A stretch of DNA of 35,293 nucleotides from a virus. Taxonomy: Duplodnaviria; Heunggongvirae; Uroviricota; Caudoviricetes. A program made the position numbers and the translations under genes. The notes below the pieces were generated by a model. It searched no databases. It saw only the letters and a list, made by a program, of their open reading frames with translations, and was not told the DNA's origin. Below are positions 18,351 through 25,972 of the stretch, one piece after another. The DNA lies in IMG/VR virus record IMGVR_UViG_2778261341_000005. One strand, written 5' to 3'. Position 1 is the first letter of the stretch; each line of letters starts with the position of its first letter.

Positions 18351-19049
18351 TTACGCTGCATTAAGGGCGCTGATGCGTGCCCTGATGCGCGCCCTGATAC
18401 TTTTTACGCCAGCGGTCCGGCTCAGTGCCGCGGCCTGTGCCAGGTAGTCGTCTGCCTTCTCCAGCACGGCAATATCATTAACCGCAGTGGCTTTCGGTTT
18501 GCCGTCCCTGTCACGAAGAAGATTCAGTCCGGCGAGCCTGAACCATTTCGCGCGAATTTCCTCGTGTAACCGCCATTTCGTGGTGACGTTCTCAAAGGTG
18601 CGTGAAAAGTACGGCTCAATGCTGTGCCCGGCCTCGCTGTTATCGGTCGCCCACTGCAGCACCGTGTCGGCCACAAACGTGGGCAGGGTGCTCCGGAAGT
18701 TGTCCGGTGTGCTCTGCCCTTCGCTGATGGCAATATCCGCCCAGTCAAGGGCACGACCCAGTTCGCCCGTGTCAAACAGCCAGATAATGCAGTACACCAG
18801 TACAGGGCAGGAGAAGCGCCTGCCGTCTGCGATATACCGCTCCGCGACGGGCAGCCAGCGCGGCAGGAGCGTGTCGCGCTTGAACTCCTGCCGCTCTGCA
18901 CGGACCGGAAGGCTGCGCAGGCGTGCCACGTCGCGTTCAAGTTCCGCGTGTAACAGGTGGAAGCTGACCGGAGAGGCGGTCATCGCCTCCCGCCGTTCCA
19001 GTGCCTCCTGTGTGCGGATTTTTGCCCGGTGTCGCTGGCAGGGTGTCAT
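18351..19049 (-). CDS. terminase small (endonuclease) subunit (gpM-like)
   Basis: Start at internal ATG 19047-19049, 17 nt after the capsid stop; LLPRWLPVAE resembles P2 gpM LLPFWLPWV. Confidence 0.7.
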   Translation of the reverse strand: MTPCQRHRAKIRTQEALERREAMTASPVSFHLLHAELERDVARLRSLPVRAERQEFKRDTLLPRWLPVAERYIADGRRFSCPVLVYCIIWLFDTGELGRALDWADIAISEGQSTPDNFRSTLPTFVADTVLQWATDNSEAGHSIEPYFSRTFENVTTKWRLHEEIRAKWFRLAGLNLLRDRDGKPKATAVNDIAVLEKADDYLAQAAALSRTAGVKSIRARIRARISALNAA

Positions 19050-19066
19050 TGCGCCGCCCTCTGTGC

Positions 19067-20095
19067 TTATGCACCGCCACCTGCGGGTTCTTCTGCCGCT
19101 TCTGCGCCCCTGATGGTCAGTTTGTCGTAGGCCGCGTAAATTTCGTCGTGCTCCACGGCGTAACCTTCCATGCGCAGATAGTTGTTTTCGAAACGCTTGC
19201 GATCGTCGTTCCACTCTGCCCGGCGCTGACGGGTGCCGCGCTGCGTGTAGATGTGAAGGTTCGCCAGCGTGGTGACAATCAGGCGGCCTTCCGGCATGAA
19301 CGGCGGGGTGTATGCCGTCAGTCCGGCGATCTGGCGACCGATAAGCTGCGCGGCCACTTTTTCGGTTGGGGCGTCGATGGCATTAAGCAGCGTCACCTTG
19401 TCCTGTGCCACAAGGTCGGGGGCTACCAGTACCACCAGATCCGGATGACCGCGATACGATTCATCAATGAGGGTGTGCACGAGATCTGCCACTGCCGCAT
19501 CCAGCCCGATAAAGTCGCCACCCTTGCCCAGCGTCGGGCCTGCGTCCACGATCTGTTTTGCGCTTCGGGCTTTGACGATGGCATGCCAGCCGGTGTTGAC
19601 GTCCTCGCCGTTTTTGTTGGTTGTCGGGTCGGTATCCTCAGCCACGCTGGTACCGTTAAAGGCGATGCGGAGGATATCCAGCGCAATCTGTCTGTTAACG
19701 AAATTCTGAATGCGGTTAAAAAACTCGTTTTCACCACCGGCGTTTGCCCAGGTCACCAGTGTGGTGTACAGGAGGTGGGCACCCGAATCGGTCTCAGCCA
19801 GCTTGTATTCATTCCCGGTAACACCCAGCGGAAGGGTGAAGCGGGCATTTTTTTTACGGCCGGTGTGAAGGCCCGGCACGCCGGTGGTGACCACCTGGCC
19901 TGTCACCTGTTCAACATCCAGCACGTTTGGCAGTTTTGATAAAAACTCATCGGAGTGCATGATGGCGTCACGCAGTGCGGTTTCTTTCGGGTCAGACAGC
20001 GCAAAATAGCGTGAGACGTCGTCGGTCCCGTTTGCCGCGCCCAGCCCGGCTGCGTACTTGCGAAGCAGGGCTTCAGTTTTCTGGTTCAGTTGCAT
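19067..20095 (-). CDS. major capsid protein (gpN-like)
   Basis: 342 aa; GKGGDF and PDLVVLV blocks as in P2 N. Confidence 0.85.
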   Translation of the reverse strand: MQLNQKTEALLRKYAAGLGAANGTDDVSRYFALSDPKETALRDAIMHSDEFLSKLPNVLDVEQVTGQVVTTGVPGLHTGRKKNARFTLPLGVTGNEYKLAETDSGAHLLYTTLVTWANAGGENEFFNRIQNFVNRQIALDILRIAFNGTSVAEDTDPTTNKNGEDVNTGWHAIVKARSAKQIVDAGPTLGKGGDFIGLDAAVADLVHTLIDESYRGHPDLVVLVAPDLVAQDKVTLLNAIDAPTEKVAAQLIGRQIAGLTAYTPPFMPEGRLIVTTLANLHIYTQRGTRQRRAEWNDDRKRFENNYLRMEGYAVEHDEIYAAYDKLTIRGAEAAEEPAGGGA

Positions 20096-20106
20096 GTTGC
20101 GTATCC

Positions 20107-21162
20107 TTAAACAAAGTCAAACGGTTTTTCGTTTTCTGTCGGCGCGCCTGCCGGGCGTGGCGTGATGCCGGTGGCTGACAGCTTCGTGGTCAGTTCATCA
20201 AGTTTTTCGGCAATGGCTTTGATTTCTTCTTTGTCGGTGTTGTCCCGGCGACGGGCGGTAAAGCGGCGGTAACGTTCGCCTTTTTCCGGTGTGATGGTGC
20301 TGAAGGCTTTGATGGCGTCTTCCAGCTTCGCTTTTGCAGCGGTAAAGGCTTCGGCTTTAACCTCGTCTTCCGGGGCGGCTTTCACTTCTTCTGCCAGCTC
20401 TGCCACCTCTGCGGCGGCGTCGGCGATTTCGGCGGCGATTTCCGCGACTTCGGCTTTTGCTTCTTCCGGTGTGTCTGCTGTACCCTCGCCGCTGGCAGCG
20501 GCGCTGCCGCCTTCCACCAGGGTGATCAGCTTTTCAAGCAGTGCTTTAATTTCGTCCATTTTTGCGTCCTCGCCTGTGTCAGGCTTTTCGTTGTCGGTGT
20601 TACCGTTCTGCTCTGTGCTGAACAGGCGGCGTAAAAAAGACTGCGGTTTTCCGGCAGGTGTGGGGGCTGTACCCTCACGTGGCACGAGCGCTCCCATCGA
20701 GAACGCCTGCACATTTGCCCGCTGGCATGTGTATTCCTGGTCGTTCATGATGAAGCGGATTTTTTCGGTGCTCAGGCTGGCGGGGATATCCGTCACCGCC
20801 ACGCCCAGGAGATAGTCGCGTCCGCTCTTTGCAAAATTCCCCGCCAGCTCTGCGGAGGTGAAGAGCTTCTGCCCGTAGCTGTTGGCCTCAATCAGGAACC
20901 GGTTAGGGATAAGGCGGGCGTAAAGTTTCACCTTGTCGCCTTCGGTTTCCACCTTCAGAGCATCCACCTCGCCAAGGTTGTTTGTGAACTGGCGACTGGC
21001 GTAATCGTCTGTATGCCAGGGCCATAACATCGCGGTATAGGTGTTGCGGGAATAGGTTTCAGCGGCATCAATCAGCCACTGCGGATCAATTTCGCGACCG
21101 TCAGCGGTCGGCCCTGATGTGGCGATGCATGTCCAGTCGGTCATCAATGTTGGCTGCGGCAT
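20107..21162 (-). CDS. capsid scaffolding protein (gpO-like)
   Basis: 351 aa; N-terminal domain similar to P2 O (LGVAVTDIPASLSTE), acidic Ala/Glu-rich coiled-coil C-terminal half. Confidence 0.8.
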   Translation of the reverse strand: MPQPTLMTDWTCIATSGPTADGREIDPQWLIDAAETYSRNTYTAMLWPWHTDDYASRQFTNNLGEVDALKVETEGDKVKLYARLIPNRFLIEANSYGQKLFTSAELAGNFAKSGRDYLLGVAVTDIPASLSTEKIRFIMNDQEYTCQRANVQAFSMGALVPREGTAPTPAGKPQSFLRRLFSTEQNGNTDNEKPDTGEDAKMDEIKALLEKLITLVEGGSAAASGEGTADTPEEAKAEVAEIAAEIADAAAEVAELAEEVKAAPEDEVKAEAFTAAKAKLEDAIKAFSTITPEKGERYRRFTARRRDNTDKEEIKAIAEKLDELTTKLSATGITPRPAGAPTENEKPFDFV

Positions 21163-21308
21163 TATGGTCTCTTTTACGTGAAAATCTGAAGAAACTGCGG
21201 TGAGTGTCGGGATTTTTACGGCAGGGGGCTACTGACTTAATTCGGTTGCTTTCGGATAACACGGAATAGCCGAACACAGCCGAAATTCTCTGCCTGAATG
21301 CGGACCGG
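21163..21308. promoter_or_regulatory. divergent late promoter region between O and P operons (putative)
   Basis: Only intergenic space between the divergently transcribed head operons; no clean TGT-N12-ACA Ogr-type dyad could be confirmed. Confidence 0.35.
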
Positions 21309-23132
21309 ATGCGCCGCCATAATGGGCGCATGGCTAAATATTCTGACGAAATTAAAGAGGCGGCCCGCTCGCTTTATCTGAAGCGGTGGCATCCCCGGGA
21401 TATTGCGGCGGAGCTCTGTATTCCGCCGCGCACGGTTTACCACTGGTGTGATGTGGGGCAGTGGGCCGCCCTGCTGCCCGCTGAATCCGTTGAGGAGGTG
21501 ATCGCCCGGCGTATTGATGTGCTGACCGGGCGCGAGGGCAAGACGGAGTGCGAACTTGCCGAACTGCGCGAGCTTATCGCACAGCACGTGAAGATTATCG
21601 CCCAGAAAAACAAACACGCTGAAAGGATGGCGGAAATTGCCGCCACGCGTCCGGCAGTGTGCGACGACGGTGTGGCGGCGACCAGCGGCGGGGGTGAAGG
21701 GAAAAAGCGGCGCTACCGGAAAAACGACGTTTCCGGGCTGACTGCTGAAATGCTGGATGCATGGGCGCGTAAAAATCTTTATGCCTACCAGCTGCACTGC
21801 CGCGAGAACCGGTACCGTGAGTGGCGTTTCATTCTCAAGAGTCGCCAGATAGGCATGACCTGGTATTTTGCATGGGAGGCGTTCGAAGATGCGGTGGTGA
21901 CCGGTGATAACCAGATATTCTTTTCTGCGTCACGGGTTCAGGCGGAAATCTTCCGCGAATATATTATTAACTTCGCCCTGCAGTTCGGGATCACGCTCAC
22001 GGGTAAGCATATCCGTTTAAGCAATGGCGCAATGCTGCGTTTCCTGTCCACCAATGCCAGTACCGCCCAGGGATTTAACGGCCACCTTTACGGCGATGAG
22101 GTGTTCTGGATCCCAAAATTCACGCGACTGCATGAAGTGGCCTCGGCAATGGCAACCCACGACAAATACCGAACGACGTACTTTTCCACGCCCAGCGCCA
22201 AAACCCACCAGGCTTATCTGGTGTGGAACGGTGACGAGTGGCGCGGCGATGATCCGGCGCGTCGTGCGGTTGAGTTTCCGAAAGAAAGTGCGATGCGTGT
22301 GGGGTGCGAATGTCCGGACGGGATCTGGCGCTACATTATCCGTCTGGAAGAGGCGGTGGCGGGTGGCCTGTCCGCGCGGGTCAATATTGAACGTATCAGG
22401 AATCGCTATAACCCGACCACCTACGCGATGCTGTACGGCTGCGAGTTTGTTGACAGCAAGGATGCGGTATTTAAGTTCTCCGAACTGGTCAGGTGCGAGG
22501 TGGAGATGGAGACGTGGGGGGACTACGACCCCACCGCAGCACGTCCGTTCGGCAATCGTGAGGTGTGGGCGGGCTTTGACCCGTCAAGGTCCGGGGATAA
22601 TTCCACGTTCGTGATTGTGGCTCCGCCGCTTCATAAGGGCGAACGTTTCCGGGTGCTCGCCGTCTGGCAGTGGCAGGGATTTAATTTCAGCTGGCAGGCC
22701 GAACAGATCCGCGAACTGATGCAGCGCTTTAACATTACCTATATCGGCATCGATATTACCGGCATCGGGAAAGGGGTGTTTGATATCGTCAGTCGCTTTG
22801 CGCCGCGTGAGGCTAACGCCATTCTTTACAGCGTGGAGAGCAAAAACCGCCTGGTGATGAAGATGATAGACGTGGTGGCCCATAAGCGTATCGAGTGGGC
22901 GAAAGATGCCATTGATGAGGCCAGCCGTGAACGCACGGAGATCCCCGCGTCGTTTATGGCCATACGCCGCACCACCACAAAAAGCGGTAACGCGCTGACG
23001 TTCGTGGCGGAACGGTCAGATGTTACGGGGCATGCGGATGTGTTTTTTGCCATTTCGCACGCCGTGATTAATGAGCCTGTTGATTATGACTATGAGCGCC
23101 CGTCCACATGGGCCTTCGGGAAAGCCGCATGA
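21309..23132 (+). CDS. terminase large (ATPase) subunit (gpP-like); start may be the ATG at 21330
   Basis: 607 aa; position and size as P2 P; stop overlaps the portal start (ATGA). Confidence 0.8.
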   Translation: MRRHNGRMAKYSDEIKEAARSLYLKRWHPRDIAAELCIPPRTVYHWCDVGQWAALLPAESVEEVIARRIDVLTGREGKTECELAELRELIAQHVKIIAQKNKHAERMAEIAATRPAVCDDGVAATSGGGEGKKRRYRKNDVSGLTAEMLDAWARKNLYAYQLHCRENRYREWRFILKSRQIGMTWYFAWEAFEDAVVTGDNQIFFSASRVQAEIFREYIINFALQFGITLTGKHIRLSNGAMLRFLSTNASTAQGFNGHLYGDEVFWIPKFTRLHEVASAMATHDKYRTTYFSTPSAKTHQAYLVWNGDEWRGDDPARRAVEFPKESAMRVGCECPDGIWRYIIRLEEAVAGGLSARVNIERIRNRYNPTTYAMLYGCEFVDSKDAVFKFSELVRCEVEMETWGDYDPTAARPFGNREVWAGFDPSRSGDNSTFVIVAPPLHKGERFRVLAVWQWQGFNFSWQAEQIRELMQRFNITYIGIDITGIGKGVFDIVSRFAPREANAILYSVESKNRLVMKMIDVVAHKRIEWAKDAIDEASRERTEIPASFMAIRRTTTKSGNALTFVAERSDVTGHADVFFAISHAVINEPVDYDYERPSTWAFGKAA

Positions 23133-24181
23133 GCAAGAAACGCAGAAACAAAACGTCACGCGTGACGAAAAAAGCATTCACGCCTGCACGTGGCAGCACA
23201 ATCACCTTCGGTCAGCCGGAACCGGTACTGACCACCGGCACGGATTACCACAACATCTGGTATGACAACGAATATAACCACTGGCAGCTGCCGATTAACC
23301 GTCTGGCACTGGCGCAGCTCCCGAACCTTAACGCCCAGCACGGTGGGGTACTGTATGCCCGTCGTAACATGGTGGCGGGGGGCTATACCGGTGGTGGTCT
23401 CACAACGGACCAGATGGAACAGGCGGTGTTTGACTACCTGTTGTTCGGCGATCTCGCTCTGCTCAAGGTGCGTAACGTATTCGGCGACGTCGTGGCACTT
23501 GAGCCGCTTCCGTCGCTGTATCTCCGGCGCCGCAAGACCGGCGAGTTTGTGGTGCTTCAGGAAGGGCCCGCGCTGGTCTATGTGCCGGAAGATATTATCT
23601 TTCTGCGGATGTATGATCCGCGCCAGCAAATTTACGGCCTGCCGGACTATATCGGAGGCATCCATTCGGCGCTGCTGAACAGTGAGGCCACCCTTTTTCG
23701 TCGTCGTTACTACAACAACGGGGCGCATATGGGGTTCCTGCTGTATACCAATGATCCCGGAATTACCACGGAGATGGAGGATGAGATCCGCGAGAAGGTG
23801 GCGGAGTCCAAGGGACTGGGAAATTTCCGCAATCTGTACATCAATATCCCTAAAGGGGCACCGGACGGGGTGAAAATTATCCCGATTGGTGAGGTGAGCG
23901 CCAAGGATGAATTTTCAAACATCAAGGGGATCAGTGCCCAGGATGTGTTTACAGCACACCGTTTTCCTGCCGGGCTTGCGGGTATTATCCCAACAAACGG
24001 AGCCACCATCCCCAACCCGGAGACGACGCGTGAAACGTACCGCAAGGATGAGGTGATACCGCTTCAGCGTAAAATCATGAATGCCGTGAACAGCGATCCC
24101 GATATACCGGAACACCTTCACCTCCGTTTTGATGCAGACGCCGGGCATGTGGCGGAAGAAAAAGTGGTGCCGGTCGGGTAA
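23129..24181 (+). CDS. portal protein (gpQ-like)
   Basis: ATLFRRRYYNNGAH and GLGNFRNLYINIPKGAPDGVKIIPIGEVSAKDEFSNIKGISAQD match P2 Q blocks; start ATG 23129-23131 overlaps the P stop. Confidence 0.9.
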   Translation: MSKKRRNKTSRVTKKAFTPARGSTITFGQPEPVLTTGTDYHNIWYDNEYNHWQLPINRLALAQLPNLNAQHGGVLYARRNMVAGGYTGGGLTTDQMEQAVFDYLLFGDLALLKVRNVFGDVVALEPLPSLYLRRRKTGEFVVLQEGPALVYVPEDIIFLRMYDPRQQIYGLPDYIGGIHSALLNSEATLFRRRYYNNGAHMGFLLYTNDPGITTEMEDEIREKVAESKGLGNFRNLYINIPKGAPDGVKIIPIGEVSAKDEFSNIKGISAQDVFTAHRFPAGLAGIIPTNGATIPNPETTRETYRKDEVIPLQRKIMNAVNSDPDIPEHLHLRFDADAGHVAEEKVVPVG

Positions 24182-24218
24182 AATGTCCTCCCCGGGATAC
24201 ATGTTATCGGGAGGTAAG

Positions 24219-24482
24219 ATGCGGATTTTTAAAGCCCGGTGTCCGGACTGTGGCGCACCTGCTGTCATCCGGAAGACAGACTGGAAAACCCCTGAACTTG
24301 CGGATCTGTACTGTGCATGCAGTGATGTCGAATGCGGGCATACCTTCGTCTGTACGATGACCTTTTCCCACACACTCAGTCCCGGTGCCCGCTCCGGTCG
24401 CAATCTGGTGAAGTTCCTGGTGGATACCATGCGGCCGGAAGATCGCCGGTATGCGCTTGAACTTCTGTCGCGGCATTCCTGA
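24219..24482 (+). CDS. Ogr/Delta-family zinc-finger late transcription activator
   Basis: 87 aa; C-x2-C-x22-C-x4-C (Cys8, Cys11, Cys34, Cys39); GGAGG Shine-Dalgarno upstream of ATG 24219. Confidence 0.8.
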   Translation: MRIFKARCPDCGAPAVIRKTDWKTPELADLYCACSDVECGHTFVCTMTFSHTLSPGARSGRNLVKFLVDTMRPEDRRYALELLSRHS

Positions 24483-24499
24483 CGCGCTTCGCTTGTCTG

Positions 24500-24542
24500 C
24501 TGCTTCACCGGGGCAAAAAGAATTTTTGCCCCGGTGAAGCAG
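24500..24542. terminator. perfect 20-bp-arm palindrome (3-nt loop) between convergent genes; putative bidirectional terminator
   Basis: ctgcttcaccggggcaaaaa-gaa-tttttgccccggtgaagcag; no flanking U-tract, so terminator function is an inference. Confidence 0.4.
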
Positions 24543-24544
24543 CT

Positions 24545-25108
24545 TCATGAAAAATCTGGTACTGAATACAGTGGTATAACCTGAAATCCGTTACACTTCC
24601 AGGACTGCGCTATATCTGGTGACTGCGTGATGGCGGGTAACGGGATTCTGTCATTACAGGTCACCCATGCCTTTGGCTCAGAGGTCAGGATCATTAACGC
24701 AATGCGGTAACTTTGTAGCCTGGCCTCATCATCCTCTGAAAGCCCGAACGGGATATCTGATTTTACCTCATCCATCTGTTCGATTCTCTTCCCTAAAAAT
24801 ACCGCGAGGAAGTTTCTGCTCTCCTGGCATAAGGCCATTTCCGGTATTGTGTACAGTGATTCAACATGTCGGCCTGCATGGTTCCAGGCTTTCACAGCGA
24901 CATCGTGTCGTGTAATGTCGAAAGAAAGGCTTTCTTTGCCCGGAGTGGGTGATCTCCATGCTACCGCCTTTGCGGTAAGTGCCTCCAGTGCAATACGGTG
25001 TACGCATAAGAGCATGAGGGTGTCATCGTCAGGAATCGCCAGTGTGTTTATTTTTTTCAAGCTGATCAATTTCATGGAGGTTATATTTTTTAGTTGTCTT
25101 CTTTTCAT
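24545..25108 (-). CDS. hypothetical protein (187 aa), lower-GC cargo gene
   Basis: Start placed at ATG 25106-25108 with AGGA Shine-Dalgarno (track ORF extends to 25240 over the upstream small gene); no motif recognised. Confidence 0.45.
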   Translation of the reverse strand: MKRRQLKNITSMKLISLKKINTLAIPDDDTLMLLCVHRIALEALTAKAVAWRSPTPGKESLSFDITRHDVAVKAWNHAGRHVESLYTIPEMALCQESRNFLAVFLGKRIEQMDEVKSDIPFGLSEDDEARLQSYRIALMILTSEPKAWVTCNDRIPLPAITQSPDIAQSWKCNGFQVIPLYSVPDFS

Positions 25109-25125
25109 ACGTTTTTTCCTTTCAG

Positions 25126-25290
25126 TCACGAGAGCAACCAGATAACCGCAACGGTTGCCGCATAAATTCTGGCGATAAAGCCCGGTGTGAAGTGGCGAAA
25201 CGGGTTTTCCCACGTCAGGAATGCCATTAAAGCAATCCATGCAATGGTAAAAATCAGCGCGCCCTTAACGGCGATAAACAGTTCGTTCAT
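25126..25290 (-). CDS. small membrane protein (54 aa, two predicted TM helices)
   Basis: AAGGAG 8 nt upstream of ATG 25288-25290; product MNELFIAVKGALIFTIAWIALMAFLTWENPFRHFTPGFIARIYAATVAVIWLLS; below track threshold. Confidence 0.4.
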   Translation of the reverse strand: MNELFIAVKGALIFTIAWIALMAFLTWENPFRHFTPGFIARIYAATVAVIWLLS

Positions 25291-25364
25291 TGTGGTGTTC
25301 TCCTTTGTTTATCGGGTGAATGAATTTCGTTGCTGTGAGAAAAATCAGGCGTGCCAGCGCAGCC

Positions 25365-25553
25365 TTACTGCTGACGGCGTTCCCGGAGTTCGGTCAGTGC
25401 TGCAAGTAAATTCTCCCACCACGTTTCTTCCACGACCGGATTTTGTCGTGAAAGCAACTGCTGCGCCGACTCAATCATCTTCTTCAGGTCTTTGTCGCTG
25501 ATCCTCCTGGTGTCGTTCATGGTGCGCTCCTTTAGTTGGCTGTTTCTGGTCAT
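25365..25553 (-). CDS. hypothetical small protein (62 aa or shorter)
   Basis: ORF abutting the stop of the 138-aa gene; charged and helical; no motif. Confidence 0.3.
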   Translation of the reverse strand: MTRNSQLKERTMNDTRRISDKDLKKMIESAQQLLSRQNPVVEETWWENLLAALTELRERRQQ

Positions 25554-25555
25554 GT

Positions 25556-25972
25556 TTATGGTCTTTGTTGTCTGCGTGATTGTCTGCTGGCGGTTGAATT
25601 CACATAGCGGGCAATTGCTGCTTTGCGGTTAATCAATGCCAGTGTTCTGGTCAGTTCTGCGTTGTGTTTGTGTGCCTGCTCTTCGTGGTACTGCCGCATG
25701 ATTTTTCCGGCAGGCGTGAGCGGCTCCGGCTCCCCGGGCGGACGGCGCGGACGAACGGCGACAAGCCAGCTGCGGTTAGTGCTGTCCGGTCGTCCGTTGA
25801 GTATGTCGGTGATGATGGTCGTGGTGGTTCTGTCGGGGCTGACGACCGTGATTTCCAGCTCGTCGCCCGGTTGTGGTCTCGTGGCAATGTTGTTCAGGGG
25901 CAGTAAGGGCGTGCGCTGGCGCATCATTTCGTCAAATTGCCGGTGCTGCATGCTGCAATAAAAGCGGGTCAT
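25556..25972 (-). CDS. hypothetical protein (138 aa) downstream of A
   Basis: Start overlaps the A stop (translational coupling). Confidence 0.45.
   Translation of the reverse strand: MTRFYCSMQHRQFDEMMRQRTPLLPLNNIATRPQPGDELEITVVSPDRTTTTIITDILNGRPDSTNRSWLVAVRPRRPPGEPEPLTPAGKIMRQYHEEQAHKHNAELTRTLALINRKAAIARYVNSTASRQSRRQQRP

Noticed and set aside
21237-21797. 186-aa minus-strand ORF overlapping the large terminase gene
   Set aside because: Alternative-frame ORF inside a well-supported gene.
24541-24660. LexA box upstream of the A-downstream genes (tum-like regulation)
   Set aside because: Only CTG-N4-CAG / CTGT-N4-ACAG spacings seen, not CTGT-N8-ACAG.
24182-25364. P2/186-type cos sequence (GGCGAGGCGGGGAAAGCAC-like)
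   Set aside because: No convincing match found by eye between A and Q; only a loose CGGGG-A-rich resemblance inside the 24500-24542 palindrome.
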